Shown piece after piece: positions 1 to 9,196 of a stretch of 57,369 nt of DNA; the stretch's first letter is position 1, and the number at the start of each line of letters is the position of its first letter. A program made the translations under genes and the position numbers. Source of the stretch: a virus (lineage: Duplodnaviria; Caudoviricetes); the IMG/VR virus record IMGVR_UViG_3300037310_000117, positions 1 through 57,369 of that record; one strand, given 5' to 3'. A model generated the notes under the pieces. The model saw only the letters and a list, made by a program, of their open reading frames with translations. It was not told where the DNA came from and searched no databases.

Positions 1-165
1 TCGGTACGCCCCGCGTTTTGGCGCCGCCGCCGCTTCTCGTTCTTGCGTGGCAAGCCTCCAGAGCTTGCCATCCAACTTGATGATGTTGTCGTCCTTCAGC
101 CGGCTCAGCTGCGGCGACAGGCTCTCGCGCGCGATCTCCCGGCCGTAGTGGCTGGCGAAGACGGC
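1..165 (-). pseudogene. Fragment of a small winged-helix-like protein (…HYGREIARESLSPQLSRLKDDNIIKLDGKLWRLA…)
   Basis: Minus-strand frame with wHTH-like 'SLSPQLSRLK…G.LWRL' pattern; runs off the window edge and is cut upstream by TGA at 166-168, with no start codon. Confidence 0.4.
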
Positions 166-209
166 TCACGTACCGGTCAACTGATCGGGAAGCGCAAGCC
201 GAAGCGTAA
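159..209 (+). mobile_element. Remnant 3' end of an IS1595-family transposase (RRLTYRSTDREAQAEA*)
   Basis: Resembles the (G)KRLTYR C-terminal signature of IS1595/ISXO2-like transposases; upstream part absent. Confidence 0.4.
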
Positions 210-354
210 GCGGTCCAAGCGCCGTTCCAGATGGAAAACTAAGCGGAAGAAGCGCGGCGGCTCGGCAACGCCGCCGCTCCGCCTCGCCGCGTATCCTTTC
301 ACTGAGACTTCTGTGGCGGCGCGGTCCGTACCCGTGTATCTTCTGGAGAGAGTC

Positions 355-1212
355 ATGACAGGCCCTTTGAAAATCCGGATTCAAGGCAGCGATGCGCTGG
401 ACGACGTGCCGGGCGCTGAGGATTTTCTGCGCCAAATCTCTGACTTTCTCGAAGTGCTGAAAGAGGTCGAGCAAGCCATCGCTGGCGAAACTGGCGCCGT
501 GATCAAGTGGCGCATCACGGGAGCTAGCCGGAAGAGCCCGGTTGAAATCGAAGCCACGCCATTTGCCCAAGACTACGGCGTCAGCATCGATGAGCGAGTC
601 CGCGTGGTCGAGGTGGCCGTATCTGCCGGCCTAGCGCAAATCGCTGCTGGCGGTCCCCGCCCGCCGTTCTTCTCCGAAAATGCGCTTGAGAAAGTCGAGC
701 GCATGGCGGAGTGCGTGTTGAATGGACTCGCGCAAACTCAGATCTTGTTCGAGGGCGGGATTCAGGACTTTACCATTACGAACACAACTGCGCGGCAAAC
801 CGCGAGCGCCGTGCGGAGCATCCTCTATCCGATCGAAAAGCCTTACGAAGAACTAGGCTCTATAGAGGGTTTTTATGCGGGCCTTGAGCAAGACGGTTAC
901 GGTCGAGCGATTATCTGGATCAAACACCGGATAACCGGGGACAAGATTAAGTGCGTGTTGAGCGATGCTGCGCGCGATGAAGTCAACGAGCACAAGGCTG
1001 GCGAGATTTTAAGTGGGCGCCGCGTCGCTGTTTCTGGCCGCATCGAATATCGGAGCCTTGGTCGCGTGCGCGAGGTGAAGGCTGACAAGGTTCGGCTGCT
1101 GCGAACGCGCGCGCAGCTCCCGACACTCGACGATATTCAGGACCCAGATTTTACCGGCGGACTACTCAGTGAAGAATACTTAGCAAGGTTGCGCGATGGC
1201 CGCCTCTCCTGA
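355..1212 (+). CDS. Hypothetical 285-aa protein, probable IS passenger and partner of the downstream PIN gene
   Basis: GGAG SD before ATG 355; stop overlaps the start of the PIN-like ORF. Confidence 0.7.
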   Translation: MTGPLKIRIQGSDALDDVPGAEDFLRQISDFLEVLKEVEQAIAGETGAVIKWRITGASRKSPVEIEATPFAQDYGVSIDERVRVVEVAVSAGLAQIAAGGPRPPFFSENALEKVERMAECVLNGLAQTQILFEGGIQDFTITNTTARQTASAVRSILYPIEKPYEELGSIEGFYAGLEQDGYGRAIIWIKHRITGDKIKCVLSDAARDEVNEHKAGEILSGRRVAVSGRIEYRSLGRVREVKADKVRLLRTRAQLPTLDDIQDPDFTGGLLSEEYLARLRDGRLS

Positions 1213-1333
1213 TCGCGTCGCGTGGGATGCCTGCGCCTGGATCGCTCTCATTCAAAAGGAGAAGATCACGGACGAGTCCGCAACGGTCATCACCCTACCG
1301 AGAAGCCCGTCGCGCTTATGGAGTGCGTTGTAG
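1196..1333 (+). pseudogene. Truncated PIN-domain toxin N-terminus (MAASPDRVAWDACAWIALIQKEK…)
   Basis: First strand with conserved Asp (VAWDACAWI) typical of PIN/VapC; interrupted after ~30 codons by an MTase fragment. Confidence 0.55.
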
Positions 1334-1395
1334 CGTGGACAGCCGGGCTAGTCTGTGACCCCTTCATGGGCAGTGGCACCACTGGCGTCGCCAGC
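1285..1395 (+). pseudogene. C-terminal fragment of an N6A/N4C DNA methyltransferase
   Basis: HPTEKPVALM…VCDPFMGSGTTGVA = HPxxKP plus motif I (DPFxGSGT); catalytic DPPY half and GIE end missing. Confidence 0.8.
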
Positions 1396-1437
1396 GCAGC
1401 CGTGGAATCCTGTTACCGACGAGAAGCCGGAGTGGTT

Positions 1438-1472
1438 GCGGCGCACCGCCTAAAGTGCGCCGCCTTCTTGTT
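1438..1472 (+). terminator. Intrinsic terminator between convergent units
   Basis: GCGGCGCAC/GTGCGCCGC 9-bp stem followed by TTCTTGTT. Confidence 0.55.
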
Positions 1473-2335
1473 CACACGTCCGGCGAGTCTTCTTCCGTAA
1501 TCTCGCCGGTGTCCGCATCGTGTGCGGGCGTGACTTCCCGTTCTGCCAGGATTTGCGCTGCGGCGCCGCGGCGCTTGCGTCCACGCAGCGGCGCCTCGGC
1601 GGGCATTTCTTCCGCCGTCAGTTCGATCATCTCGTCGTCACGCCGCACGATTTCATCGAACGCCACGCCGTCCTTATCGGTCGACGATGGCCAGTATTTC
1701 GACGCGCGGCGGATCGCGGTCTTGCGTGCCATCTCCGCCCAATCCGTTACCCACGGGCCTTTGTCCTTGGCCTTGGAACGCTGGCGCACCAACTCAATCT
1801 GCTGCACGGAGAGGTATTCCGGTTGCGTCCAGGTGCCGTCCTTCAGGCGAGCAATGGCGTAGGCGCCCAGCACCGCGCCACGGTCTTGCAGGTCGGGCTT
1901 GTGCGTGATCGGGCAGCCGTCGGTGACGTAGTTGATCTCGAACTCATCGTTCGAGTGCACCACTTGCGCCATGATCGAGGCGACTTCGCCGCTGTTGCGC
2001 GCCTTCTTCATCAAACCAGCGACCATCGGCATGTACTGGGCGTGATCCTCGTAGCCGTCGCCTTTCTTGACGCTGTAGCGGACCAGCGCCGCCTCGCGCT
2101 TGTCCAGCAACAGCCCGTCCGCCGCGGCTTTCAGGCACGCATCATAGATGCTCTTGCGTCCGCCTGGCGTCGCCGCGCACTTGCGCACTTCGTTGTCCGC
2201 CAGCGCCGAAAGCGCTGTGCGCACGAAGCGCGAGGCGGGGATGTGCGCGGGCAGGGCGGCGGCGAATTTGGCCTCCATCTGCGCCAAGCCGACCTCGATT
2301 GTCTCCGTGCGCGCGGTTGTCACTTCGTTTGCCAT
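1472..2335 (-). CDS. recT: RecT-family single-strand annealing protein
   Basis: AALPAHIPASRFVRTAL, GLLLDKREAALV, GPWVTDWAEMARKTAIRR, C-terminal DADTGEI; AGGAG SD before MANEV. Confidence 0.92.
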   Translation of the reverse strand: MANEVTTARTETIEVGLAQMEAKFAAALPAHIPASRFVRTALSALADNEVRKCAATPGGRKSIYDACLKAAADGLLLDKREAALVRYSVKKGDGYEDHAQYMPMVAGLMKKARNSGEVASIMAQVVHSNDEFEINYVTDGCPITHKPDLQDRGAVLGAYAIARLKDGTWTQPEYLSVQQIELVRQRSKAKDKGPWVTDWAEMARKTAIRRASKYWPSSTDKDGVAFDEIVRRDDEMIELTAEEMPAEAPLRGRKRRGAAAQILAEREVTPAHDADTGEITEEDSPDV

Positions 2336-3132
2336 TACAGGTTCTCCTCCGGGGTAGTCAGGCGGTACGCCCATTTGCGTAGATCAAGTGGCTGAATCTC
2401 GCGTGCATAGCCGGGCCAGACGCCGGTGCGCGCACACTCGGCCCAGGTCGCCTTAGCCTGCTGTAGACGCAGCCGGCCTTCGACCACAGCGGAAGGCTCC
2501 AGCTCATAAAGCGCGTAGGCATACGGCGGCTTGGTCTCGACCGCGATGAACACGAACGCGGAAATATCGCCGCCGCCGGCCGCGGTCCATGTATCGGTGT
2601 AGTGCGCCTCTTGTGCGTGATAGCCGAACTGTTCGACACGACGTGCAAACTGTTCCGGGCGCGCGTCGGTCGTGGTCTTAAGATCGGCCATAAGACCAAG
2701 CTGCATCTGCCACGCGTCGGGACGACAACGCACGGCAAGCCCCGTCTCTGGGCATGATGCAAACGCCGACGCCTCGCGCAGCGTCTCTGCGGCGCCAGTG
2801 ATCTGGCGGATCACAGGCTCATGCATCAGCGCGTCACGTATCGCCAGCGCGTCGTCATAGTCGCCTGCCGTGAGCAAGCGCGCGCCGTGCTCCTCAATGG
2901 CTTCCTTCCACTTGTTGCCGCGCCGGTCATCCGGCCCGCGCACGAAGCGCTCGCGAAAACAATCGGGCTCCAGCACGGCGCAGTGCACCGCCACGCCCAT
3001 CGCCATGGCGTTGGACTGTTCCTTCTCGACGCGGGCGTGAGCCGGTGAGCGGGTGTGCAGCGTCCATAGCTGTGTTTTCGACACCGCATCCCGCGCCAGA
3101 TAGTTCTCGAACGCCAATCCTTGCTCAATCAT
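2335..3132 (-). CDS. PD-(D/E)XK exonuclease VIII-like (RecE C-terminal/DUF3799) protein
   Basis: GVAVHCAVLEP, ETGLAVRCRPD, DLKTT, YHAQEAHY, FVFIAVETKPPY; adjacent to recT. Confidence 0.9.
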   Translation of the reverse strand: MIEQGLAFENYLARDAVSKTQLWTLHTRSPAHARVEKEQSNAMAMGVAVHCAVLEPDCFRERFVRGPDDRRGNKWKEAIEEHGARLLTAGDYDDALAIRDALMHEPVIRQITGAAETLREASAFASCPETGLAVRCRPDAWQMQLGLMADLKTTTDARPEQFARRVEQFGYHAQEAHYTDTWTAAGGGDISAFVFIAVETKPPYAYALYELEPSAVVEGRLRLQQAKATWAECARTGVWPGYAREIQPLDLRKWAYRLTTPEENL

Positions 3133-5344
3133 CGTCGCCCTCTCTGCTTGCCGTGTTGAAATCGAATTCAAGCGGCTCGTCGCGCACGAAATACCAAGTC
3201 GGCTGCCCCCCGCGCGAGGGGTCGCGCCACTTGCGACGTGTCCAGCCCTCGAACCGCAAGTGCGCCGCCACTCGCTTCTTGGTCGCCTCTGTCATCATAT
3301 GCTTCGGCAGTTCAATGGCGTCGGCCAGCACATCAATGATCCGCACCCGCGACTTGTTGGCGACGTAATCGTTGATGCGATCGCTCCAGACATCGGCGTC
3401 GTAGCGCTCACGCTGCGCCTCGCGCGCCTCGCCAATCACCTCGTCATCCTCCAGCCACCAGGACTCCCCATCATGGTAGCGCACCACGGCCTCGGCCCAG
3501 AGTTTCGGCACAGCCTCCTGCAGCCCGGCGAGATCTACGCGAGAGACGGTCACGGGCCAGAAGCGCCGGCCGCCGGTTGGATCGTTCAGATAGCCAGAGG
3601 CGCCAGGGTTCACAGTGCCGGCGAATACGCACTGACGTGGGCGCTCGACAACGGCGCGGCCGTAAGGAGGGCGGAAGCGGTCGACGCGCTGTGAGAGCCA
3701 CGCCTTAACCTGCGACACCTCCGCTTTGTGGAGCGCGTCGAGCTCGGCGATCTCCACAATCACCTTGCCCTGCAGTTCGAGCGCCGCGTCCTTCGAGCCT
3801 AGTGCCGGCAGCTTGTCCGCAAAATACTCGCGCCCGCCGATCGTCGCCAGCGCGGCGAGCGCCGTGGATTTTTTCAGGCCCTGCGGTCCCTCCAGTATCA
3901 GCATGGTGTCGACTTTTGCGCCGGGGCGCATGATGCGCGCCACCGCGCCAATCACCCACTTGGCCGCCACTGTGCGCGTCAGCGCCGTCTCGGGCGCGTC
4001 CATGTAATCGCAAAGCCAATCCGACAGACGAGGAATGCCGTCCCACTTCAAATCCGCCAGAGTGTCGCGCACGGGGTTGATGTGGTTCTCAGCCGCCACG
4101 AACTGTACGGCGGCAAAGAGATTGGACAGCGAAATCGTCTGGCCCTTGCGCTCGAGCCAGGCCGCCGCCCCCGTCACGTCGTTGTCGGTGAGCAATCCAG
4201 CTGAGTGGCCGTTGCGTGTCCACGGCGGGCGGCGCGTAACCACGACCTGATTGGTGAATTCATCGAACGCGAAGAGCCCGGCGACGGCTTCGTCGCCCTC
4301 CAGCATTGCGATGGCGTTGCGCACCGAGTTGGCCTTAAGTCCTCCGGTGCTGTTACGGCTCATTTCCGCGTCGATCACTGGCTCAGTGGCTAGTGAGGGC
4401 GCGGCGACTTGCTCCACCACCCGGATCTGCGGCTTCCCAGCAGCTACGGCCGCCGGTGCTTCGCGGGTCCCAGCAGATGGCGGCGATGCCAACTGTGACC
4501 GCCTAGGCTCGATCACCCGCGGCGAGCGCATCCCCGCTTCAATTCCACTCCGAATCACCGCCGTTATCGACGGCTGCCCATCCTCGGCGAGCTGACCGTT
4601 GGCGCCGGAGGCGGCTTCAAGCGTCCGTTCCACTGCGCTCCGAGCCAGTACACCAGACGGAATGAGCTGCCCGAGCGAAAATGCAGCGGCATTGAGCGCC
4701 TGGTTGCGGTTGCCCGGCTTGGCCTCGGCTACAGCGCGATATTCGCCGTCGAGCGCGGCCTGTGCATAACTGTCCGGCAGAGCGGCTGGTCGCTCGATCA
4801 CGATCTGCGAAGTGATCGGCTTTTGCTGAGCGAGCATTGCCAGCAGCCAGTCCGGCGCCTGAGCAAACGCCATCTTCGAGGGACGCAGCACCGCGTCCCA
4901 AGCATATTCATCGCCTGATGGGTGCACCGACGGCGCCAGGACGATGTAGCCGCCCGCTCCGCGGGTATCGAGCCCTGCGCCTAACTTGCCAGCGGAATTG
5001 CCAACGCCGCCCTCCAGCGGCCACGCAAATGCGATGTGGCGGCCTTTTCCGGTACGCTGGAGCGGGGTCGCCGGTAGGGCGCCGTGTTCTTGCTCCAACA
5101 GCGCCAGCGAAGCCGAACCCTCCGCGCCGTCGACATCTAACACCCAAAGCCCAGATTCCGGCCCTGTCACCAAACCAATGTTGGCGTCTGGATATTTTCG
5201 CCACCAGGACGCGATCGCCTCAAGATCGGTGGTTGCGTCCTTGAAACCATGAGGGGTGAGCGGTGTCTTTCCGCGCGGCCTCAGGGGAAAAATCTTCATC
5301 CCGCGCCGCGCATAGGCCGCGGCGGCAGCAGCTAGCCGCGTCAT
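3125..5344 (-). CDS. Bifunctional primase/polymerase (Prim-Pol) fused to a VapE/VirE-like helicase
   Basis: N-term ANIGLVTG…VLDVD, GRHIAF, GGYIVLAPSVH; C-term LEGPQGLKKST Walker A, EIAELD, RPPYGR, GGRRFWP. Confidence 0.92.
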   Translation of the reverse strand: MTRLAAAAAAYARRGMKIFPLRPRGKTPLTPHGFKDATTDLEAIASWWRKYPDANIGLVTGPESGLWVLDVDGAEGSASLALLEQEHGALPATPLQRTGKGRHIAFAWPLEGGVGNSAGKLGAGLDTRGAGGYIVLAPSVHPSGDEYAWDAVLRPSKMAFAQAPDWLLAMLAQQKPITSQIVIERPAALPDSYAQAALDGEYRAVAEAKPGNRNQALNAAAFSLGQLIPSGVLARSAVERTLEAASGANGQLAEDGQPSITAVIRSGIEAGMRSPRVIEPRRSQLASPPSAGTREAPAAVAAGKPQIRVVEQVAAPSLATEPVIDAEMSRNSTGGLKANSVRNAIAMLEGDEAVAGLFAFDEFTNQVVVTRRPPWTRNGHSAGLLTDNDVTGAAAWLERKGQTISLSNLFAAVQFVAAENHINPVRDTLADLKWDGIPRLSDWLCDYMDAPETALTRTVAAKWVIGAVARIMRPGAKVDTMLILEGPQGLKKSTALAALATIGGREYFADKLPALGSKDAALELQGKVIVEIAELDALHKAEVSQVKAWLSQRVDRFRPPYGRAVVERPRQCVFAGTVNPGASGYLNDPTGGRRFWPVTVSRVDLAGLQEAVPKLWAEAVVRYHDGESWWLEDDEVIGEAREAQRERYDADVWSDRINDYVANKSRVRIIDVLADAIELPKHMMTEATKKRVAAHLRFEGWTRRKWRDPSRGGQPTWYFVRDEPLEFDFNTASREGDDD

Positions 5345-5644
5345 CTAGCCCCCCCTGCCGCTACCGTTGGCGCCGCCGTTTGCGCCACCGCCAGCCGGCG
5401 GAGGATCTCCCATCAGCCGTGACCGATACGCCAGCCGCTCCTGTAAATCGGCTGCGTCGATCGCATCGAGCGCCAACAGAATCGAATGCTTCAATGGCTC
5501 GTTAGAGCGCTTGTAGTTCCAAATTGTCGCCGTGGTCACACCGAGCCGGTCAGCGATTTCGACGTCCGTGAACCGGCGCAACTCAAGCCATTGCTTAAAC
5601 CAAGGCCCATTTTTCACCGATTCGTCAGGTTCCAACGCGCGCAT
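5345..5644 (-). CDS. Small HTH DNA-binding protein
   Basis: TDVEIADRLGVTTATIWNY helix-turn-helix; first gene of the replication operon. Confidence 0.75.
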   Translation of the reverse strand: MRALEPDESVKNGPWFKQWLELRRFTDVEIADRLGVTTATIWNYKRSNEPLKHSILLALDAIDAADLQERLAYRSRLMGDPPPAGGGANGGANGSGRGG

Positions 5645-5649
5645 ACACT

Positions 5650-5679
5650 CATCTATGTCGCGTTTTAGCCTATCGTCAA
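5650..5679 (-). promoter_or_regulatory. Putative sigma70 promoter of the replication operon
   Basis: TTGACG-N17-ATAGAT on the minus strand just upstream of ATG 5644. Confidence 0.45.
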
Positions 5680-5702
5680 ATCAATATCGCTAATACCTAA
5701 AA

Positions 5703-5906
5703 GTACCCCGCCGTACCCCGCCGCCATAGGGTACCGGTGCATACTATCCACGTTCCCCGTTCCCCGCGTTCCGCGGTAAGTCGGGGGGGGTCAACATTAT
5801 GGAATCAAAATCACCCTCACATATACAATACCCATCAGGTACACAGGGTACTAAGGGTACTAGGCTTACGGGACATGGGGTTCCTCGCCTGTACCCGGCG
5901 TTCCCC
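5703..5906. repeat. GT(A/T)CC iteron-like cluster, putative replication origin
   Basis: GTACCCCGCC x2, AGGGTAC x3 and GTTCCCC x3 in both orientations around an AT-rich core; non-coding. Confidence 0.6.
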
Positions 5907-6188
5907 GACGCCATTGGGCGCGGCAGCCCCGTTTCTGGCGTCCGCGCACCCGCGCATCGTTGTCCCTTCGGGACAATCCAAAGCGCCACCCTCGACAGGC
6001 TGATAAATTCCGGTTGCGACGCAGCGCGCGAAACGTTCCCATGCGAACCGAAGCGCCGTCGCAGTTCGCCCTCGACGCGGTTCAACCGCCGGACCCTGCG
6101 GCGTTCGGATGGCCTCCCGCCTGCGGTGGCTGCGGGTCCGGCGGAACTTCGCTAAGCAGCTATGGGCGACAAACCAGGGGCGAGAAGC

Positions 6189-6938
6189 ATGTTCGGTTTC
6201 GGCAAACGCAGCGACAACGTGGTGATCGTCTCCCGCGAGGAGTGGGAGAACCTTAACGCCGATGTGCGCGGGCTAAAGCGCCTGGCGGACCTCGAGGGCC
6301 GCGACCGCAGCGAGCAGAACACGCGCTTTGCGCAAGCGATCGACACGCTGGATGCGCGCACCAAGGAGCTGCAAACGCTGATCGCGACGACGCAGGACGT
6401 GCTGACGCGGAACGCGGTGGAGTTCTCGAACCGGATTGATCGCGTCGCCGCTGCGGTTGGAGAGCTGAAGGCGGCGCGCGCCGACGATGTTGCGCTGGCA
6501 TTCGAGCGGATCGACGAGCTGGAGCGAGCAAGCAAGCGATCAACGGATCAACTCGGCGAGCAGGTTGTGCGCATCGATGCGCTGGTTGACTCGGATGCCG
6601 TGCGTGGTGACGGTGCACAGATCGCAGCAATCAAAGCGGAGCTTGCTGCGACGCGCGGCGAGCTGATCGGGCGCGCCGAAGTGCATGCGCAGGCTATCGA
6701 ACAGCTGGCGCGCGACCTCATCACATCGAAAGCGCCATCGCTCACCAACGCCATCGCAGCGGCGTCGCCGCCTGACCTCGACGAGATGCGCGCGTACTAC
6801 GCGGAGAAGCGCGCGGAGCGCGAGGCGTTCGTCGCGCAGAACGGCGGCGCGCTGGAGGATGAGGCGGCGCTGATCGATCCGGCAGCGCATGAGATGGCGC
6901 AGGAAGCGCTCGAGCGCGCAGCGGAGGAGCCGCTGTGA
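6189..6938 (+). CDS. Coiled-coil hypothetical protein
   Basis: Long ORF with heptad-rich sequence; coupled to the next gene. Confidence 0.7.
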   Translation: MFGFGKRSDNVVIVSREEWENLNADVRGLKRLADLEGRDRSEQNTRFAQAIDTLDARTKELQTLIATTQDVLTRNAVEFSNRIDRVAAAVGELKAARADDVALAFERIDELERASKRSTDQLGEQVVRIDALVDSDAVRGDGAQIAAIKAELAATRGELIGRAEVHAQAIEQLARDLITSKAPSLTNAIAAASPPDLDEMRAYYAEKRAEREAFVAQNGGALEDEAALIDPAAHEMAQEALERAAEEPL

Positions 6939-7564
6939 CAGCTACCGAAGCGCTTGAGCAGCTGAACGAAGGGTTGCGCAACATCGCGCGTCGCGCGGAG
7001 CTAGAGCGCTTGGAGCGTGCGTCCAATCCGCCGCTGATGGTCGTGAGCAACCCGAACATCGTGATCGAGCCCAAGAGCATTCGGCCTGGTGCGTTTATCT
7101 TCGACGAAGCCGGGCCACGGGTCGTCGATCAGATACACAAGCGCGCAGTGGATATGATCGTAGGGCGCAGTTGCGCCATCGAACAACAATACGGCTGGCG
7201 CAAAGCTTATGACGAACCGGCAGATGTGGTGCGTGCACGTATCGAGTACGACATGGTGCACAACCGCGAACGTGTTGTTGCTGCACACCGCGAACTGCAG
7301 GACTACCAAGACTTGGTGATGAGACCGGTGGTGAGTGCGGCTATGTGTGAGCCGCCTCGAAGGTTTGTGGTGGACGCGAGCAAGGTTAGGGAGGCCTCTG
7401 CGAGGCAGAACTGCGACTGCCCTGGCTGCGCGCCGCGCAAGCAGCGCCGCATCGAACCGCGCGCTGAGCAAGCCGCTTTCGCCAACGCCATCGCCGCTTC
7501 CAACCCCTCCAACACCATCGGCAAGCGCATGGGCGCGGCGCAGTACGTGAACTGCGATGCGTGA
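6935..7564 (+). CDS. Hypothetical protein with CxCxxC motif
   Basis: GTGA overlap, GAGGAG SD. Confidence 0.6.
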   Translation: MTATEALEQLNEGLRNIARRAELERLERASNPPLMVVSNPNIVIEPKSIRPGAFIFDEAGPRVVDQIHKRAVDMIVGRSCAIEQQYGWRKAYDEPADVVRARIEYDMVHNRERVVAAHRELQDYQDLVMRPVVSAAMCEPPRRFVVDASKVREASARQNCDCPGCAPRKQRRIEPRAEQAAFANAIAASNPSNTIGKRMGAAQYVNCDA

Positions 7565-7691
7565 GCACTCGCGCCACTTCTGGCTGCGCGTGCTCGGCAA
7601 CATCGCTGTGTTCGTGGCGCTCGGCGCTGCGCTCGGACTGATTTACCTGGTGCTGCGCGAAGGCGCGCGGATCGGAGGGCTGTTGCCGTGA
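7557..7691 (+). CDS. 44-aa single-TM protein (holin candidate)
   Basis: MREHSRHFWLRVLGNIAVFVALGAALGLIYLVLRE…; not in the ORF track; TGATG-coupled to the next gene. Confidence 0.55.
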   Translation: MREHSRHFWLRVLGNIAVFVALGAALGLIYLVLREGARIGGLLP

Positions 7692-7828
7692 TGTTTGTCC
7701 GCGCCGTCGCTTCCGCCGCGCTTGCACTCGCCAGCTACATCGGCCTCGCCGCGCTCGGTGTGTGCGTGGCCATCTCGTTAATGCTTGCTGCTGTGAACAC
7801 TCTTAAGGACCAGGGAATCATCAGCTGA
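7691..7828 (+). CDS. 45-aa hydrophobic membrane protein (holin candidate)
   Basis: MFVRAVASAALALASYIGLAALGVCVAISLMLAAV…; TGATG-coupled on both sides. Confidence 0.55.
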   Translation: MFVRAVASAALALASYIGLAALGVCVAISLMLAAVNTLKDQGIIS

Positions 7829-8793
7829 TGACCCGCATCTCCGACCTCTACGACACGCTGTTCGATCCGTTCCGGCACAACCGCAACCGCCAGAGTTCGG
7901 CCCGTGGGCGCCAAGCTGGCGTTGCGTATCCGCCGACCCCGCCATCGCCCGCAGCGGCCCGCCAGCGCCTTGTGATGGGGCCAGGCGCACTGATCCGTCC
8001 CGGCGGCTTGGAACGTCTCAGCGCGGCGGACAGGGCCGCTTCGCAGGCATTTAGCGCCGATGCGGCGCGCGCTTCCCGCGGCACGACCCGTGCGCCGCAA
8101 TTGCCGGCTGCGTTACGACCGCCAGCGCCTGCGTTTCCGATCGGGCCTGGCGGCGTCACCAGTCCGCCGCCGATCGACACGGCCGCCGCCGCCGTGGGCG
8201 TGCCGCGGGAGTTCCTGCAGCATCTGGTCGGGCAGGAGAGCGGCGGCGATCCCAATGCACGGGCGGCGACGAGCACGGCCACAGGTCTCGGGCAGTTCAT
8301 CGAAGCGACCTGGCTTGACCTGATACGCCGCTACGGGCCGCGCTACGGCGCTGGCGATCTCGCCGCGAAGATCGTCAAGACCGGCTCTGGCCGTTCGCGC
8401 CGCTACGGCGTCGACGATGCGCAGGCGCGTGAGGAGATTTTGGCGCTGCGGGAGAACCCTGAGTGGGCAGCGCTGATGACGGCGCACTACGCCGAAGAGA
8501 ACGCAGCAGGGCTGCGCGCGCGGCTTGGGCGCAACGTGCGCGAAGGCGAAGTCTATCTCGCGCATTTCCTGGGCGAAGATACAGCGGCTGACCTCATCCG
8601 TGCTGCCTCGCGCGAGACGCAAGGGCGCTCGGTGTCGGCGGCGTCGATTGTCGGGCGCGAAGCGGCGCAGGCCAATCGCAACGTGTTCTACACCAAGCAA
8701 GGTGTGGCGCGTACGGCGCGGGAAGTGGTGGAGTTGCAGACGCGGGGGTTTCGGCGCGTGCTGTGGCCGACTAGGGAAGCGAGGCAACCGTGA
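7828..8793 (+). CDS. Lytic transglycosylase (SLT/lysozyme-like)
   Basis: QESGGDPNA…STATGLGQFIEATW, YLAHFLG, AAQANRNVF; Pro/Arg-rich N-terminus. Confidence 0.88.
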   Translation: MTRISDLYDTLFDPFRHNRNRQSSARGRQAGVAYPPTPPSPAAARQRLVMGPGALIRPGGLERLSAADRAASQAFSADAARASRGTTRAPQLPAALRPPAPAFPIGPGGVTSPPPIDTAAAAVGVPREFLQHLVGQESGGDPNARAATSTATGLGQFIEATWLDLIRRYGPRYGAGDLAAKIVKTGSGRSRRYGVDDAQAREEILALRENPEWAALMTAHYAEENAAGLRARLGRNVREGEVYLAHFLGEDTAADLIRAASRETQGRSVSAASIVGREAAQANRNVFYTKQGVARTAREVVELQTRGFRRVLWPTREARQP

Positions 8794-9001
8794 CGTTGCG
8801 CGGCTCACAGCTCACCAGCAGGTTCGCCCAGCGCGGATCAAAGCCTTCTGGCTCTGCATCACCGTTCGCAAGCCACCAATCGCGTTCGGTTATGCACTTC
8901 TCGAACGAAGCGACGTCGCGCACGATCTCGAGTGTCGGCGCCGGCTGGCCGGCGGGCCACGTCGGATCTTCGAACACGAACACGAGCACTAGGGTCCACA
9001 T
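8771..9001 (-). CDS. 76-aa counter-oriented small protein (moron-like)
   Basis: MWTLVLVFVF… hydrophobic N-terminus and two Cys; fills a gap between plus-strand genes. Confidence 0.5.
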   Translation of the reverse strand: MWTLVLVFVFEDPTWPAGQPAPTLEIVRDVASFEKCITERDWWLANGDAEPEGFDPRWANLLVSCEPRNVTVASLP

Positions 9002-9196
9002 GGGCGGAATGTAACACACGGCAGGGCGAGTGGGGAGCACGAAAGTGGCGAAGCAAGAGAAGCGGCAACTGCTAGGCGGTGCAGTGGGTGCGAGTGCGGT
9101 TGTGCATCTCGCCGGCGGCTTAAGCGGCGATCCGCGCGCGCGGCTGCCTCTGGTGCAGGCGGCGAAGCCTGCGGCGTTCGATGGGCGGGTGCGGAA

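Noticed and set aside
43-354. N-terminal extension of the 389-aa ORF
   Set aside because: Crosses fragment junctions; SD supports a start at 355
1222-1500. Intact 92-aa methyltransferase
   Set aside because: Only motif I region present; a chimeric fragment
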